Source: Coniocarpon cinnabarinum
Taxonomy: Eukaryota
Direction: 5' to 3'
Assembly: GCA_051942205.1 (NCBI GenBank)
Contig: JAVECO010000003.1
Coordinates: 1-64,000 of the forward strand
DNA: 64,000 bases
Positions 60,891 through 64,000 of the stretch are shown here, one piece after another. Made by a program: the position numbers and the translations under genes. The notes under the pieces were generated by a model, which saw nothing but the letters and a program-made list of their open reading frames with translations, did not search any database and was not told the origin of the DNA. How positions within the stretch are numbered: position 1 is the stretch's first letter; each line of letters opens with the position of its first letter.

Positions 60891-62090
60891 ATGGGAGTCC
60901 CTATCAAAGGCCGTGTGGTGTGCATCACCGGCGACTTTGGCGCCAAACGCACCGCCGCCGACCTCAAACGCTGGATCGAGAGCAACGGAGGCCAATTCTG
61001 TACCGGCGTCTCTGCGCATGTGACGCATCTGGTCTGCTCAAAGGCAGCATGGAAGGCTCAAAACCCAGTCGGTACGTCTGTTCCCATGCCTCTCTGGACC
61101 TCCAACTAATCTCTTGATCAGTGAAAGCGGCTCTCAAGTTTGCGCGTATAAATATTGTCTCGTATGATTGGCTTGAGGATTCATTATTGGAAGGGCGCAA
61201 ACAACCTGAAGTAAGTACAACGTCTAAGGCGCCGCAAAGGAGGAATGATGTGTAGATGAGGGTTGCTTAATCGCTCGATGCGTGCATTCATCACTGCGAA
61301 ACGTGGCTGTCCCGGGGTGACGCTAGTCAATGATGATATTCCATTGCCGTTTTGCTGATGGTACATATTATTAGGCGCCCTACCTTTGGACGAATTTGGA
61401 AAAGAAACGCGCTGAGAAGAACGCGAAGATCAAAGAAGACAATCAGAAGTACATCGATGCCAAACAGCCGGGTGCGTTACCTTTGACGGGATTAATATCA
61501 ATCATGTGCCCCTGTTCCGAAGTTTACTGATGACAACACGAACCCGCAGTGAAGAGCTTCGTGAAAGGCTGTAGTCTCGCTTCAGAAGATCTGCACAGTG
61601 ATAACTACCACATCTACCAGGATGACACCACGTTTGCGTATCACATTACACTCACACGGCCGGATGCGCAGGGTATCAATCTGGACAAGATCGTGCTGCG
61701 CGTAAGTCCGGAGAGACGAAAAATCGAAGTAGCGTGCGCTGAGAAAGTTACGGTTAGCTCTACGAGACTAACACTCGGCGACCTGCTCAGTACGCCGTTG
61801 TTGCAATATATGATAAACACGAGCCTACCACACGGAAGCCAGACACAAGGGTTCTCGTGCCGATCGGATGCCCTTTTCACACAGCGTTCGCCGCTTTTCG
61901 CAAGTTCTTCCAGAAAGTCACTGGAGTCGAATGGGATTTCAGGTGCTGGAACAATACCATGCCCGTGAGCATGGGAGCCAAAGCAGCTTTGAGGAAAGAA
62001 GGCTGGCGCGTCGAAGCAGTGGCGGGCGGCGAGAGTATGCCCCGCATTGAAGAGGCGAGTAAGTCCTTCCTGGAAGGCGACGGAGGGTAA
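60891..62090 (+). CDS. BRCT plus WGR-like domain protein
   Basis: BRCT motifs WIESNGG..VTHLVCS...W and IVSYDWLEDS; WGR-like YHIYQD..F.Y.I.L.R, LYETN and F.KFF.KVTGVEW. Four introns. Confidence 0.8.
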
Positions 62091-62818
62091 GTGGATGACA
62101 AACTGTCATTGCAACAGATACCAGAAGGGGTTACTCAGAGGTTAAATGGATGGTTTTGCAGGCGAGTTGTAATTTCGCGAACCCACGAAAGCTGACCCTA
62201 TGAGAGAGCTACACGGCTGACTCTCAACTTCACAGGGCCAGTCTGAAAGATACAGAGGCGGAGCTTTTGGAAGCTCTTGTGCCGGCTACATCTTCGACGG
62301 ACATCTGCTATCAATACAGGCTTCCATTACCAAGTCATGGCCAGCCTCGGGGCAGTGAGGGCCTCGAGATGATGGGTATGGGGTGTTATGGTGAGAAGAC
62401 TCGTACCACTGATGAACGAATTGGGGGCGTGAACCGTTCGCAAGCTCAGCCAAATATGTGGTCATGAGCAGCGTCGTGATGAAAATCACGCTGATATGCG
62501 AGGTATCAACAGATAAAAAACCATCTGAGCAACGCCGACGAAGGGCGTATTGCAGTGACCATGTTATTGTATCTGAGAAGTTTCCGCAGTTGCGGAATGT
62601 GATATCACGTGGCAACGTCTGCCAAGCCTTACATCATTCCATTACCAATCTCGAATTACAAACATTGTGATTTGTTCTTCCATTCTGCAAACACATTGAA
62701 TCGTCTCGCGCTCCATGCCAACAACCTAGAGACGTGAACAATTTCGAACTCACCCAGTTCTTTTCCCCACGCTCTCACTCCTGACAAGTCCCTGCAATTC
62801 ATAAAGCGAAGTCCTAAT

Positions 62819-63658
62819 ATGAGCCTGCGGGCCTCCGGCCGTTTCATTGCATTAGCAAAACCACCGCCAACGACACATCTGTGGTCAGCGCCACGATCAA
62901 GCATTTGTCAAGCATGTCTCCGAAGACTCCGATATGAACGTCGGATTGTCCATCCTGGTCGACGACTTCTTGCCACCGCCGCCGCCGAGCGACCTCAGAC
63001 ACTTCACCCGGAACCACCGCCCCGCAATGCGCCCGTGCCTGATACGTCTATCACCCAGGGCAGCACATCCTTTGATACACGAGGTCAAGAGGGGCGACCT
63101 GTCACAGATACCGAGATATCCCAGCGCAATGTTGTTGGTCCCGTTAGCCAAAGAGAAGGCGAAGCGCAACAGCCGCAACCCACGGACCCGTCCTCTACAG
63201 GCGCAAAAGGCAGCATCGCATCGGAAACAGGTGCCTCCACACAGCAAAAGCCCGCGCGGAAGACCAAATTACGACCTCGCAAAGCAGCCCTGTCTATAAG
63301 TGGGACTGCGGTCACGCACCTGAAAGAACTACTAGAGCAGCCCGATCCCAAGATGATTCGTGTGGGCGTCAAGAACCGAGGCTGTTCAGGTCTAGCGTAT
63401 CACTTGGAATACGTCGACAAAGCGGGCATGTTCGATGAGGCTGTAGAACAGGATGGCGTCAAAGTTCTGATTGATAGCAAGGCTTTGTTCAGCATCATTG
63501 GGAGTGAGATGGATTGGTTGGAAGACAAGCTTAGTGCGCGATTTGTGTTTCGCAATCCGAACATCAGTGAGTTGCATGGAGATTTGTTGTGATTCACTGA
63601 GGCTGACTTTGAACTAGCGGAACAATGCGGCTGTGGCGAATCTTTTAGTATTAGCTAG
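62819..63658 (+). CDS. ISA1: Mitochondrial iron-sulfur cluster assembly protein Isa1
   Basis: Presequence; RGCSGLAY, F.NPN and CGCGESF motifs. Intron at 63567-63617. Confidence 0.95.
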
Positions 63659-64000
63659 TGCCTGCCATCCGTCTCAGAACTCTGCCGGTGTAAAATCGTT
63701 GATTTGCAAGGTCTTTATCAGCGGCTTGAAACTGTCGACAAATTGCAGATGCGAAGGATCCTTGAAGCAGTAGTGGTCACGATCCTCGGAACTCTCGAAT
63801 TCAAGCACAAAAGTATGAGTAGTGTCGCGCTACGCGATATCAATCAATTTGCAGACAGCCGTCGAGCGAAGGGGGGCATCATACCTGCATGCCTTCTGGA
63901 CTGTTATCCTTGCCGCCACGGGCAGACTTGATATACGGCTTGTTAGACGAGGGATGGATGCATTTCTGGCCTAGCGAAATAAAGTTGTGACAGGTCTAGG

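Noticed and set aside
61211..61374. Possible box C/D snoRNA in the long BRCT-gene intron
   Set aside because: ATGATGA and CTGA are only ~25 nt apart, and the CTGA is the branch point.

Overview
Eukaryotic DNA from a filamentous ascomycete (Pezizomycotina), judged from short GT-AG introns with CTRAY branch points, RIP-scarred repeats and typical Pezizomycotina proteins. Bases 1-~3060 are an AT-rich, TpA-saturated island of nested, RIP-degraded retroelements: a Ty3/gypsy chromovirus 3' half (integrase, chromodomain, PPT, LTR), a second LTR-element end inserted into it, and a LINE 3' end with a (TAC)n tail. The rest is gene-dense: a spliced alpha/beta hydrolase, catalase, MDR oxidoreductase, Nup188, ERG26-like SDR, three adjacent secreted/cell-wall proteins, an orphan, an Sso-type syntaxin, Arp2, a DMT transporter, Dsn1/Mis13, a Thr-rich Pir-repeat GPI protein, Mbp1, a peroxisomal 4CL-like ligase, two hypotheticals, xanthine dehydrogenase, TrpC, a BRCT-WGR protein and Isa1. 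Most interesting: (i) a cryptic antisense Zn(II)2Cys6-spaced, coiled-coil ORF between the chromodomain and PPT of the chromovirus; (ii) a young, un-RIPed 181-bp non-LTR insertion with a perfect 14-bp target-site duplication and a chimeric tail, related to the dead copy in the island; (iii) a stop-interrupted small mitochondrial-type membrane ORF just downstream of it; (iv) two GC-AG introns in the catalase. Gene models and de-RIP readings were done by eye and no database search was run. CDS coordinates span introns.
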